From Alloascoidea hylecoeti (Eukaryota), in contig BCKZ01000005.1 in NCBI GenBank assembly GCA_001600815.1, forward strand, positions 9,532 through 73,531: a DNA stretch of 64,000 nt, in the 5' to 3' direction. Position numbers and translations under genes: made by a program. Under the pieces are notes generated by a model. The model had not been told where the DNA came from. It did not search any database and saw only the letters and a list, made by a program, of their open reading frames with translations. Shown here piece by piece: positions 24,537 through 36,710 of the stretch. Within the stretch, counting starts at the first letter, position 1. Every line of letters starts with the position of its first letter.

Positions 24537-26217
24537 ATGGAAAAAAAGGACAAACTCAGTCTTTTGTCGTTTTTGCTGTCTGTTTCCGAACAGCTGCTCT
24601 ACTCGTTGCCCGTCGGACTGGGAATTGTATACAATCTCTACGTGAAAAATGCATCTCTTAGTATATCTTGGTTAAGCTTCCTACAAACACTCAGCCAAAT
24701 CATTTCCATCGCCCCAAATGCCATACAATTTGATATTTACGGTGAAGATCTGGACTCCTGTATAAATGGAAAAGTATCTTGTGTTGAATGTTCATTGATG
24801 GTAAACTGGCTAAATACCCTTGTGCTTCACCAACTGAGTTCATCTTTGAGCTCCCCCTTGGATGATATTGAAAACAGGGAGGACGAGGAAGTAGAACTTA
24901 TTCAACCATCAACTGCAAATCCATCTATTTTGGAAACTCAAAAAGATCTTTTGCAATTATTAGGAACTGAATGTCATGATTCTAGACATCATTTGAAAAA
25001 ACAAATTGAAACTTTAGTTTATCAAAAATCTGCAAAATACGCACTTGTTAAAGAAAGAGCAAGAATTTTATTTGAAAAGAAAAAATATAATCGTATTTGT
25101 TCACCATCTGATTCTTTTAATCCTTTACCTCCAGAAAATGAATCTTATGAATCTAAATATGAAAATAATGATAGATTATTCTTTGTTCCTATTATAAAAT
25201 TACATACTGATGCATCTCTTGGTGATTGTTCTTATCTTGATACATGTCATAAAATTGCAACTTGTCGATATGTTCATTACAAACCAAAATTTCAACCAAT
25301 TTCAACCAATAACATTCATATGAATATAGATATTAATGATACTTATGAAAAGGCAAGAAATTATTTCTTTACTTTAGGCGATCCTTTATCATTATTCATA
25401 AGACCGGTTTATCCACCACAATGGATTCAATGTGATGTTCGTAAAATTGATTTTAATATCTTAGGAAAATTTGCTGCTGTTATTGCTGATCCAGCTTGGA
25501 ATATTCACATGAATTTACCATATGGAACATGTAATGATTCTGAATTATTAAATTTACCAATGAATTTATTACAAGATGAAGGAATATTATTATTATGGGT
25601 TACTGGTAGAGCAATTGAAATTGGTAGAGAATGTTTACATACTTGGGGTTATAAAGTTATTAATGAAATTATTTGGATTAAAACGAATCAATTGCATAGA
25701 ACTATATGTACTGGGAGAACTGGACATTGGTTAAATCATTCAAAGGAACATTTACTTGTCGGGTAAGAAAATATGTTCATTTATATGAAACTATAGATAT
25801 AAAAACTAATAATTTGGATAGACTAAAAGGTAATCCAACATGGTTAAGTCCTGGAATTGATACTGATGTTATTGTTTCTGAAACTCGAGAAACAAGCAGA
25901 AAACCAGATGAGGTATGCAATAATATTAATTTACAATGTACCTTTTTTTAGTTCTTGATGATACTAATTTATAATAGGTTTATGATATTGTTGAAAGATT
26001 AGTTGGTCGAACTAGCAGAAAATTAGAAATTTTTGGAAGAGATCATAATACTAGAGAAGGATGGTTTAGTAAGTATATTCGACCAACTATTATAAAAAGA
26101 TCATATGAACTAACTATATATTTAGCTATTGGAAATCAATTAAATGGGGTTAATATTGTTGAAGAACAAGTAAAATTAAATTATTATAAGAGTCAAGCGC
26201 AATATGGTGTTGCTTAA
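24537..26217 (+). CDS. IME4: mRNA m6A methyltransferase Ime4 (METTL3/MT-A70), 4 exons
   Basis: [17 protein letters not shown] zinc finger, PQWIQCDVR, catalytic [35 protein letters not shown]. Introns 25763-25821, 25913-25977 and 26069-26125. Confidence 0.93.
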
Positions 26218-26549
26218 CCTTTTTCTTGCATTATCAAATTTTGGATCATTGAATCTTGTATTATTGATGTTTTTTTTGTGAGTTTTTAGTTGTATGATTT
26301 ATGGTATATATGGGTATTTAGCTATTTAAAAATTAGAAGTTGTTAATAAATTTGCATAAGAAATAATATCTCCAGATTACACTTATCATGTACTAATCGA
26401 CTATTTCCAGATAAGTCATTCTCATTAATATTCGGCAATAGAAGAAATAAAATACTTGATAAGTATGGAGGTGTCCAATGAGATAAAACGCCATGAGAAA
26501 GTATACTTTTAAATGACCGAATGGTTTTTTTTTTTCCTTCATCGTATTC

Positions 26550-27960
26550 CCACCACAAGACCTTCAGAGCCGCTGTTTAAACGGACTCTGATCCAATTGA
26601 ATTGGTCTTTTTGTCATAATACTTCAACTTGTTCGAATTTAGTTAATTGTACCTGTCCAATTGATTGCGGTTGAAATGAATCCAAAGCGGTACATAATTG
26701 TATTGCAGCTGTAGTATTTGGAGTTGATTTTTGTTTACCATTGCCATTAATTCTTCTGAATATAGAATCAATGAATTTGGAACCTCTATTCTTTGCAGCA
26801 ATTGTTGATTCATTTGTTAACGATCTAATCGATTTCGAAATTCCAATTCCAGATGTTGTAGCAATTGTTGAATCAGTTTTATATAACCTTATTGATCTTC
26901 TAGTTGCATTTCTAGATGTTGATGGAATCGACTTTGATTCTTTATACCGGTATGGCCTAATTGTGCTTCTATCCTCAGATGGTGTTGTAGAATATGTTGA
27001 AGACTGGTGTTTAGTTGAAGTTAATTGTGATTTTGTACTTCCAAATCTGAATAAATGATTTTTCTTAATATTTCCAATCGCTATTTCAAGACTTTCAATT
27101 TCAGCTTCTGAAATAGCTCTTTTAGAATCATCCGATCTAACTTTCTCTAATAGCACTAACCTAACCTTTTGTTAATCGAGTAGTTATCTTTAACATTTCT
27201 TATATTATCCATTTGTTTCATACAATAATTCTTCCGATTCTTCTTTTTCCTTTTCAACGAACGATACATTCATATTCAATAAAATTTTCTTTTGATTTCG
27301 ATAATTTTTTTTTAAGAGCTTTTAAACTTTCTTGGTTATTCGTAACATAGTTATCATGTTATCATCATCATTAGATAATCTGCTTACTTCATAATTAAAA
27401 TTAATAGGTGAACGATTATGATTAACAAAGAATTCTGAATCTAATTTTGGATCATTTTTATTAATTGTTGGTGAATATCTTATCTAATTTTTCTTTGGGT
27501 CTGTTCTAGGATTCTGTTTCTAATGTGATCGATTTCAACCAACAAGAGTTTAAAATTCGTACTCTTGATTCATTTGTATCCTGTAGATTATCCAATAATT
27601 CAGGTATATCCTGAACATAATATTTGTCCTTTAATCGATTGGCTACATTTATTTTTATTAAATATTCGTTTTTAGCAAGGTTCATCACTGTTTGCTTTCT
27701 CTCGAGCTCTTTTGTATCAATTCTATGGATAGAACCACCTTCCATTAATCCTTCGCGATAATGCTTCGCTACATAGGATTCATTTAATTGATCGGAGTAT
27801 GCATTTATTTGGTTGATAATTTTATCATTAAGAAGCAATAGTTTGTCTCTAATATCATCATATTTTTTACCAGTATTAGCAATTTTACCCGAGAGGTTTA
27901 AGAGTTCTTTAGGATACTTAATGAACTTACGTCGCCCTTGCTAAAGTTGGTATACATAGA
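26550..27960 (-). pseudogene. BZZ1: Decayed BZZ1-like F-BAR/SH3 gene
   Basis: F-BAR segment AKNEYLIKINVANRLKDKYYVQDIPELLDNLQDTNESRV ends in a stop. The SH3 segment CTALDSFQPQSIGQVQL..EVL*QKDQFNWIRVRLNSGSEGLV has an in-frame TGA. Several frameshifts; N-terminus absent. Confidence 0.7.
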
Positions 27961-29477
27961 ATTAGAGTCCTTTGATGCATTCATTGTGTATGATGATTCT
28001 TAAAGAATAATTATAATTTAAGGAATCAAAACATACACATACAATATCTTTGTTTAAATTGAACTAAATATGGGCGATAATAAATTTATATCTTCATTGA
28101 AATACCAGAATGGTGCTCTAAAGAATTTGACGTATTTAGGGGTACCAATCCAAGGTATATACTGGAAAGAATTGGAGACGATTTTCATTAAGTTAGTTAA
28201 TCAACAACTTACCAATTATACAGGCATGTTTTTTCGTAAACGAATTTTGGCCTATACCAGAAAAAACTATAAAGAAAATAGAAGAGGCCTCGAAAACAGC
28301 CGTCTCCCCCTGGAATACAATAATAGCATTAGAAAGACTAAAAAAAAAAGCGTCAATTTCATCTGGTGGGGTTGATCTTACAAAAGATTTATTAGGGAGA
28401 CAGGCGAATTGGGTACGGTATTAAAAAAATAAGAAAAAAAAGTTATTACAAAAAAGTTATACTTAGTGACAGTTAATTAGAAAAATATATATATATAAAA
28501 CATGCTTTTAAATAATAAAAAAGGATTTATCATCTCCTATAAAGTAAAAGTTTTGTATATCAGTCAAAAGAGTGGATTTAATAACGTGCATATGTAGATA
28601 AAAAAATAAAATAGAAAATTATATTTTAGTTAACTATTGTCATTTCTTTTCGTGGGAGTATATATAAATCACTGTTGCTAGTTGCAATTCTCCTAGCACT
28701 GCTCACTAAAAGAAATGGCAATACTTGACTAGAATAAATCTTAATCATTCAGAAAGTTAGAAAAATTTGAAATAGAATAAAAATATCAATTAAATTTTCT
28801 AGAATTACTATTAACCCTACAATACATTAAGACACTAGAACCGGAACTAAGTTCAAACATTATTACTTCGGCATTTTATACAACTGGGGCATAAGTTATA
28901 ATCATATATCTGTTGATCAAGAATCATCACAATTACAATTGAATATGTTCAAAGCTCTCTCCAGTCCTATCAGCACCTAATATACTCAAATGAGCGTGTG
29001 GTAACAGCTGGATCAGTATGAATACTGAAAACAATAAAACAAGCAGATATCCCCAATCAAAAGGATTCATCCCCCAGCGGAATTCCCATAATATTGATTC
29101 CAAATATCAATGACTTATGATGTTGCTTTCTGAGCTAATTTGATTTTTGTTGATTTTAGACAGAATTTTGAAGTAAATAAGTTGATTAACTCTCATAGTC
29201 TCGATAAACCAAATTTCTCCTCAAGCGCCAACATAGAACTAATTCAATATACTATGATCAAAATATCTCCAAGCTATGGTCTTGATTGGTAAAGTATGAT
29301 CACGTGTTATATCAAGATCGATCTCAAAATCCTCCACAACTTTTGAAATTCTAATTATCATTCTTTAACTTTGAACTAAGTTAATTATTTCATTTGCTTT
29401 CCCTTTCGGTTGACCCGACTTGAGCACTATTTCTAATATTTTTCTTTAATAATCATCAATTAACCTTGGAATAAAAA

Positions 29478-30585
29478 ATGAGTGAGGAGAAGAAGAAAGT
29501 ATGAAGATGCCATGAGTCATATAATATTATATTAGAAATTCGATTGAATTAATAACAAGATACATTAACATCTAATTTCTTTAGATCAATCCCTTAAAAT
29601 CATTTATCGCTGGTGGTGTAGCTGGCGCTGTTGAAGGTGTCGCTACTGTATGTTAACTAAAATGATTTGTCTATTTATTTGATAATCAATTCATTAGAAT
29701 TAACTAATTGTTGTTTTGTTAGTATCCTTTTGAATTTGCAAAGACAAGATTACAACTTATAGATAATTCATCAAAGGTATGAAATCTCTAAATGTATATT
29801 TATCTTCATTTTACGTTGTATCTAATTTGAAATTGATGATTTAGATTTCTCGGAATCCCCTTAAATTAATCTCATCAGTAGCACGAACACAAGGAATTGG
29901 ATCATTATATGTTGGATGTCCAGCATTTGTTGTTGGAAACACAGTAAAGGCAAGCGTCCGATTTCTCGGTTTTGATGCTATTAAAAAATTACTAGCAGAT
30001 GAAAATGGGAAATTATCTGGTCCAAGAGGTGTATTAGCTGGGTTAGGAGCCGGTATTATTGAATCAATAATCGCAGTAACACCATTTGAAGCTATCAAAA
30101 CGGGTCTTATTGATGATAAACAACTTGCTAAACCAAAGTACGCAAATCGCGGGATTGTAACTGGATCTCTTGCGTTAGTAAAAGATAAAGGTTTTAGTGG
30201 ACTTTATAATGGAATTGTACCTGTCACTTTAAGACAAGGTGCAAATCAAATGGTTAGATTAGGAAGTTACAATTCTTTAAAGACATTATTTCAAGATCCA
30301 AATTCAAATGCTCCATTATCAAGTATAAATACTTTTGCTATTGGTGCTTTAGCTGGTATAATTACGGTATATACAACTATGCCAATTGATACAGTGAAAA
30401 CTAGAATGCAAGCTTTAGATTCGAAAACACGTTATAAAAGTACAATTGATTGTTTTGTTAAAATTTGGAAAAATGAAGGTATTATGACTTATTGGAAAGG
30501 TGCTACTCCCCGGTTAGGACGATTGTTTTTCAGTGGTGGTATTGTTTTCACTATATATGAAAAAATGCTAATTATTATGGGTTAG
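29478..30585 (+). CDS. CTP1: Mitochondrial citrate transporter (carrier family), 4 exons
   Basis: SFIAGGVAGAVEG, TYPFEFAKTRLQL, GLYVGCPAFVVGN-like, TPFEAIKTGLIDD, MPIDTVKTRMQ, YWKGATPRLGRL. Introns 29499-29584, 29648-29722 and 29777-29844. Confidence 0.9.
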
Positions 30586-31014
30586 AATTGATATTTGTTA
30601 TGCAGTTTTGGTTTTGTAGATATACCTAATCAATTGTATCTATTTCACGAATCTTAGAACTTAATATTTATTATATATTTAATATTAATTCCTAGCATTC
30701 ATATACTATTATATATCTAGTATAGATTCCTTGAAATGATATTTTATAATTAGATAAATACAGCTTCAACATTATATATAAATATTAAATTTCAAGATTT
30801 TGTGATTACAATAATAAAAAGGTTCCCCCACAAAAAAGTATTAAGGTAAATATTCCATTTTAAGAACAAAGAAAGATATCAAAGAGTCAAATGCAAATAA
30901 AAAAAGTGTGTATGAAGATTATAAAAATGGATACCAATTCACGAAGAAAGCTTGGGAATATTATTTATATCTTAGCTTGTGTGATTTGAGTATTGAAATA
31001 TTTCAAATATTCAA

Positions 31015-32067
31015 TCAAACTCTTTCATCACCACGTTCTTCTTCTTCACTATAATCTGGATACATTGTTGTAACACCAGCACTTCCTGGAGATTGCAAAA
31101 TGATTTTTTCCATTCTTCTCGCCCTTATATAATCAAATATAGCCAAGGCAACAATCAAGCCACCAGCAATCATAAGGCCATTAGCAAGGAAAGTGTTGGA
31201 AGAATCATCGGAATCATTATTACCTTGATCATAATTAGTATTTGAATGATAATCATCGACATTACCTTGGGAATAAGAATCAGATGATGATGAAACATCA
31301 TAACTGCTTGGGTTTTGTGGTTCTGTTTTGGTGGTTGATCCATTTGTATTTGATGAAGGCGGTAGCATGTAATAACCAAATTGAAAGAAAGTTATTCCAA
31401 GACCCGCTCTTGAACCGTTCTTGGCAGCATGAGAAGTGTGCAAAAGATAAGTTAATAAAAATCCAACAAATTGAAAGGCAACTGAGACCATTAAGTTCCA
31501 TATAAAATTAACAAAAGTTCCAACCGGAAGTCCATCAATGAAAACCTCATTGTTAAAATCAGTGGCAAGAATCGTAGTTTCCCAATATGGCGGAGTAGCA
31601 TCGGCAGCAGCCTCTTCATAAGACGGTGGATTTTCATCTTCAACAATTTGTTCAGCGCCATCAGGTTTTGCCATTAGATTATTAAAAACGCCATCGTTTT
31701 CGGACCCAAGACCATATGTTACAGGTCGTGCATCAGGTTTCTTCCAAAACATTAAACGAGATAACAATGATCTATGTGGGCTGTTTACGGCTATTGATTG
31801 TCTTGGATTAGTTGTATTAGTTGATAAAGCAGGTTCTTGGAGTGGGTCAAAGGCTAGAACCGAAGAAACCTCATTTGGCGATGTTAGAACTCTATCGTCG
31901 TTTATATCGGACTCTGGGGCATCATAGTAATCATCATCTGCAGATTCAAAGGCAGCCATGAGAGGATCCTCATCCTGACCCGATGAATGCAGATTTTCCC
32001 TCGAGTCGGACGAACGAAAAGAAGGAGGAGGACTATTTGGAGTCGGGATGGGTTGATATTGTGACAT
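31015..32067 (-). CDS. BSD2: Metal-homeostasis Rsp5 adaptor Bsd2 (DUF2370)
   Basis: NDGVFNNLMAKP, PPSYEEAAADATPPYWETT, IDGLPVG..FQFVGFLLTYLLHTSHAAKNGSRAGLG. Confidence 0.9.
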   Translation of the reverse strand: MSQYQPIPTPNSPPPSFRSSDSRENLHSSGQDEDPLMAAFESADDDYYDAPESDINDDRVLTSPNEVSSVLAFDPLQEPALSTNTTNPRQSIAVNSPHRSLLSRLMFWKKPDARPVTYGLGSENDGVFNNLMAKPDGAEQIVEDENPPSYEEAAADATPPYWETTILATDFNNEVFIDGLPVGTFVNFIWNLMVSVAFQFVGFLLTYLLHTSHAAKNGSRAGLGITFFQFGYYMLPPSSNTNGSTTKTEPQNPSSYDVSSSSDSYSQGNVDDYHSNTNYDQGNNDSDDSSNTFLANGLMIAGGLIVALAIFDYIRARRMEKIILQSPGSAGVTTMYPDYSEEEERGDERV

Positions 32068-32225
32068 TTTATAATATATAAGATGGATTGATTACCTGTA
32101 AAGAAAGCAAACGGAAAAAGGTGTGCGGGGAGATGGGTTGTATATCACTTTACCCGGATCGAGTTTCTTACTTTTCAGCTTCACTTTTGCTATTTACACT
32201 ATTTACATATGATTATTATTGTAGT

Positions 32226-32720
32226 TTAGTTGTCTTTCTCGGCTCTAGATGCAAAAACCTTCTTCTTCTCTTCTTCACTCATTCCTTCTTTCTTGGAATA
32301 GTGCTTTCTTTGTTGAAATTCGGACTTAGCTTTATCTGCAAACAATCTTTCTCTTTTTACGTTTGATTGACACCACTCCCAACTAATTATACTGCCAAGT
32401 ACACCCGATGCAACACCCCAATTGCAAGCCCTTAGCATTGGGTGTTTGAAGAATAACATCACCGTTGTAATGGCCCCAAGACTTGATATACCACTTAATA
32501 CTGCTCCTCTGAAGCATGGCATTTCTGGCATTTTTGAAAAATCATCTCGAGATATATTAGATAATATTCCTGAAACAGCATGTCTTTCCTTTGTAGGAGT
32601 CGTAGGCGGAGGTTGTGGGAAAGCAGGTGGGATATCCTCCAGTAATACTGGCTCCTCTACCGGCGTGGGCTCTAAAGGCTTCGAACTCTCTGTAGATTTT
32701 TTCCAAGGTATCCACCCCAT
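32226..32720 (-). CDS. COX20: Cytochrome c oxidase assembly protein Cox20
   Basis: LLEDIPPAF, MPCFR, two TM segments, RACNWGV..GSIISWEWC. Confidence 0.8.
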   Translation of the reverse strand: MGWIPWKKSTESSKPLEPTPVEEPVLLEDIPPAFPQPPPTTPTKERHAVSGILSNISRDDFSKMPEMPCFRGAVLSGISSLGAITTVMLFFKHPMLRACNWGVASGVLGSIISWEWCQSNVKRERLFADKAKSEFQQRKHYSKKEGMSEEEKKKVFASRAEKDN

Positions 32721-33694
32721 CCTATAATTTTATTGTGTGTAATTATTAGGAAAATTTGAGTAACACCTACGAAAAATAAAAAATTGTTATCTTATGCATG
32801 CACAAACAGGCACAAAGACAAAGTACAATACAATATATAACTTAAACACTCCAGTAATTGTAAAACTCGCTTAAGAAGAAGACATATAAATTATACGAAA
32901 TATAATTAGTTAACGAATATTTGGTTCTGTATTTTCCAAAAATATGTGTGTTTTTATCATTGCTATAGTATTTTACATTTGTATTTTAATAGCGCTGACT
33001 ATTTTCTATAGGCTATATCTACGTATTTTTGTGTATTAATAACGTAACATTTGCAATTGAAATAAACGGATCAGTTGGGAGGAAAACCTATTCGCGGACA
33101 AAGCCTTACATTAGTAAGACAACAGTGTGGAGACTCAGCCCTTCTAGATATATCCTGGACCCCGGGCAATGGCTACTAAACCCTCCAGATGTTTTCACCG
33201 TAAGCACGTTAGTGTTTATATTAAGCTGATTGTTTCTCCAAGGGTTGGCCTTCATGGTCTACGGCTTTAGTTAAACAATCGTATAAAGATTAGCTTAGTG
33301 ATACTTAAAGAAGAAACTAGAAATACATGACCTTATTTATATCTGCTTCTAGTTTCGTAAGGGCTGACTAACTGATTCCTTTACAATCACAGTAAAGGAA
33401 CTCATTATTGACTATTCTTGGTTATGAGTTCTTTAGCTCTTACTGCATTTTATTAGTTCTTATTATATTCTTAAATTTCTTGTTTACATTTGAAACTTCG
33501 AAAAGGACATTATTAGTCCTTTGTTACATTTAATACTTCTTTTGGCAATTCTATAAATATATTTTGGATTTATCTATATAAAGCTAAGATAAGTCCTTCC
33601 TTAAATAAAAATCACTAGTTCTAATACATATTAGCTTTTTTAATCTCATTTAATATCTGTGGTCCCGCCAGTTACTTTACAATCACATGATCCT

Positions 33695-33701
33695 GCGGAC
33701 T

Positions 33702-33743
<42 letters not shown>

Positions 33744-33767
33744 TGTGTTCGATCCACAGAGTTCGCA
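33695..33767 (+). tRNA. tRNA-Phe(GAA), intronless
   Basis: GCGGACTTAGCTCAGTTGGGAGAGCG..CTGAAGA..GTTCGATCC..TTCGCA cloverleaf, nearly identical to yeast tRNA-Phe. A T-run Pol III terminator follows. Confidence 0.97.
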
Positions 33768-35344
33768 TTTTTTTGGCAATTTATATATATAAATTTATAC
33801 AGTAGTTATTGTTGCTTTTTCAACTTTTATTGAAAAATCACCTTGATCATAATAAATATATATATGACAAAAGATATCCTTGCTGTGAAAAGTTGGAATT
33901 GTCCTTCGAACATGTTTTCTCTACATGTGAAATTACAAGAAAATATGGTCCTATAACCAAAAAGTGATAGAACTAAAAGAAAAGGAAATTGAAGTGAAAT
34001 CTTTTCTTGATTTTAATCATAGGGAAAGAAAAGAATTAATATTAAGAGCGGTAACCATTTTTTTGGTTAGAAAATATCATAGAAGATATTATCAACAGGA
34101 GAATAGTTTATCAGTATCACAATGGTGTAAAATGATTGAAAGGGACTCCACAAAGCTTTGTTCTGAATCACTTAGGTGCTATGGACAAAAAAAGAAAAAG
34201 AGGAAAGATGTATAAATATTACAACCTTTATTCGTTTGATTGAGTAAGATGTTGGAAATGGTGACAATAATACTATAACATGTAACAACATTACTCAAAA
34301 AAGAGTGAACCTATAACATTAGTAATAGGTATTTTTGCCTAGCAGTAGGTCTTTTTATTTTCACAATTTTTTGGTTATTATAAATATAGTATTTATAGAA
34401 AAGGCAGTTTAATATAGAGCCTTAATGGCCACTTGAAAATATATATATATATTAAATTTCGAAGAGTAGCATTATGTATCACTGGCAGTTACCAAATAGG
34501 AAGTCTCCCTATTTGAACCCCTCGAGAAATATAAATATAACGGAGCTGTTGATAAATTATACCAATATATACAACCTCTAATTCGTACAGAGTTTATATT
34601 CAAGTCAAATTTTCTATTTCTTTGAGCAAATAATAAATGGAATCTCCAAATATTAACACAAACAGAGATGATTTTCATTTCAAATAGGCGAGGGAATCAC
34701 TCACAGTATAGGTATAGTGGTACTAAAAATAATTCTGTCGAAGTGTTATCACAAAGAGATACACTGCAATTACAACGAAATAATTCATCTCTTCTTCAAC
34801 CAAACATTAAGATGTTCGCAAATGAAAGTAGATGTTTATGCTTAACAAAAGAAGCTGCTACAAATGCACTTGAAAATAGCACTATTTCAATTGAACTTAA
34901 AAATAACTTTGGAAGATTAAATTTGTAGATAAGTATTCCATAAAGGAGTTGAGTCACGTATCAGAAATCATCTGGAATATAAGGGTTCAAAGAAGATTCA
35001 GTGATATTGATTTACAAGGAGAACGATCCCCAAATTTGGAAGATGTCATGATAATGGTACAAAGGGAAAAGGCGAGATTATATTTTGAAATAAATGAGCA
35101 TAATAATTTTCATATTTTCAGATTTGTTGTTATAATTATCAGATATAATAAATAAGTAAATAAATCAAACATTAGCAATATTAGTTATAAATTAAATAGT
35201 TTACAATGTTTTTTCTCCGAAACTTTCTACTAAGCACCTCCGGATTTCGGTAGGAGCGCTTATCAATTACACGTGATATGTCATACCAATGCTATTCTTT
35301 TTTCGTTCAAATCCTTATTTCCTCATAATTTCTCCTCAATAAAA

Positions 35345-36103
35345 ATGCCAATTGATTTAAAAAATAAAGTAGCTTTAATTACTGGTGGTTCTGCTGGTTT
35401 AGGTGCCGAAATAGCCACTCAATTAGCCTCAGAAGGAACAAACGTCGCCATAAATTATGCCCATTCAAAGAAAAGAGCGGAAGAACTTGCAATTAATTTA
35501 GCAAAAAAATATAACATAAAGGCAATTACAATCCAAGGTGATCTTTTCAAACCTGAAGTAATTCCTATACTAATAAAAGACACTATTGAACAACTTGGTG
35601 GATTGGATATTGTTATATCTAATGCTGGTTGGACGAAATTTGTACCATTCGCGGATTTAGATTCCGCAGATGATGAATTATGGGAAAAAACCTTTCAAAT
35701 TAACGTAAAAGCTCATTTTTATTTATTTCGAGCTGCAAAGCCATATTTTGAACAAAATAAAGATGGTGGTACTTTTATTGCCTCTGCTTCCCTTGCCGGA
35801 AGGGCCGCTTCAGGTAGTTCATTACCATATAGCGTATCAAAGGCTGCTCTAATTCACTTGATTAAGGGCCTAGCAAAGACAAACGGCCCTAAAGTTAGGG
35901 CTCATGCTGTATGTCCAGGGTTATTGTTAACAGAGTGGGGAAGCCGTTTTAGTGAAGAACAAGTTGAAGGGTTTAGAAAACGATCCCCAATTTCTGAGAT
36001 CCCTGATGTTGAGGAAACTGCATTTCAATACATTGTTTTATGCAAGTCCCGAACTTCTACTGGTTCAATTGTTGGTGTTGATGGTGGTGCTTCTCTTCTT
36101 TGA
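35345..36103 (+). CDS. Classical short-chain dehydrogenase/reductase
   Basis: TGGSAGLG Rossmann motif, SNAG, catalytic Ser and YSVSK, VCPG, TG..VGVDGG. Confidence 0.9.
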   Translation: MPIDLKNKVALITGGSAGLGAEIATQLASEGTNVAINYAHSKKRAEELAINLAKKYNIKAITIQGDLFKPEVIPILIKDTIEQLGGLDIVISNAGWTKFVPFADLDSADDELWEKTFQINVKAHFYLFRAAKPYFEQNKDGGTFIASASLAGRAASGSSLPYSVSKAALIHLIKGLAKTNGPKVRAHAVCPGLLLTEWGSRFSEEQVEGFRKRSPISEIPDVEETAFQYIVLCKSRTSTGSIVGVDGGASLL

Positions 36104-36710
36104 GATTACTATCATCATTGATTCATCAGCTAGGTTAATTGATCTAGATAGAAACATTTTCCTTGGATAGATTCATGGTACACTGTTATTGTCGGTCTCA
36201 GTTTCAAATACTTCAAATATGATATATTCACTCTAAGCATACTAGACTACTAGTACTATATATGGTGCATATACATTTAAAACAATTTCAAATGGTATAT
36301 AAAGTAAAATTTGCTAATATGTAAATGTTATATGCATATGTCTATGTCTTATATCGATCGTATTATGCACTTATGAAGTTCTATGTGTGTACAGCTCCTT
36401 GTTTATTAATTATAAGTTATAATTAAAACCACGCCTATAAAACTGTATCAGTAAGATATTCAATTCAGAAAGAGGATATACAAAACTATAATTAGGAGAT
36501 AATGCACACTTTTCTTGGTAACCATTTATCACATTCCCTTGTCGTGTATTGGATAGACAAGGAATTCGAGCTTTGGGCAATGTTGTGGAGCGACATATAG
36601 CTGATGGTTAGTAATAATATTTAAGCGCTACATCTCTCACCTTTTTCCTTTTAATTTTAAAGTTTGGTTAATATCATATAAATTTGATCCTTTGAAATTT
36701 TAATTAATAT

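Noticed and set aside
24537..26217. IME4 DPAW instead of DPPW as an inactivating change
   Set aside because: DPAW is the normal catalytic motif in budding-yeast Ime4.
28070..28375. 101-aa ORF, and similar short ORFs at 33964-35155, 48856-49167 and 58859-60430
   Set aside because: No recognisable motifs or convincing splice structure; may be chance ORFs or unrecognisable relics.
32980..33640. Possible solo LTR upstream of tRNA-Phe
   Set aside because: Position and short hairpins are suggestive, but I could not establish TG..CA ends, a target-site duplication or a second copy.
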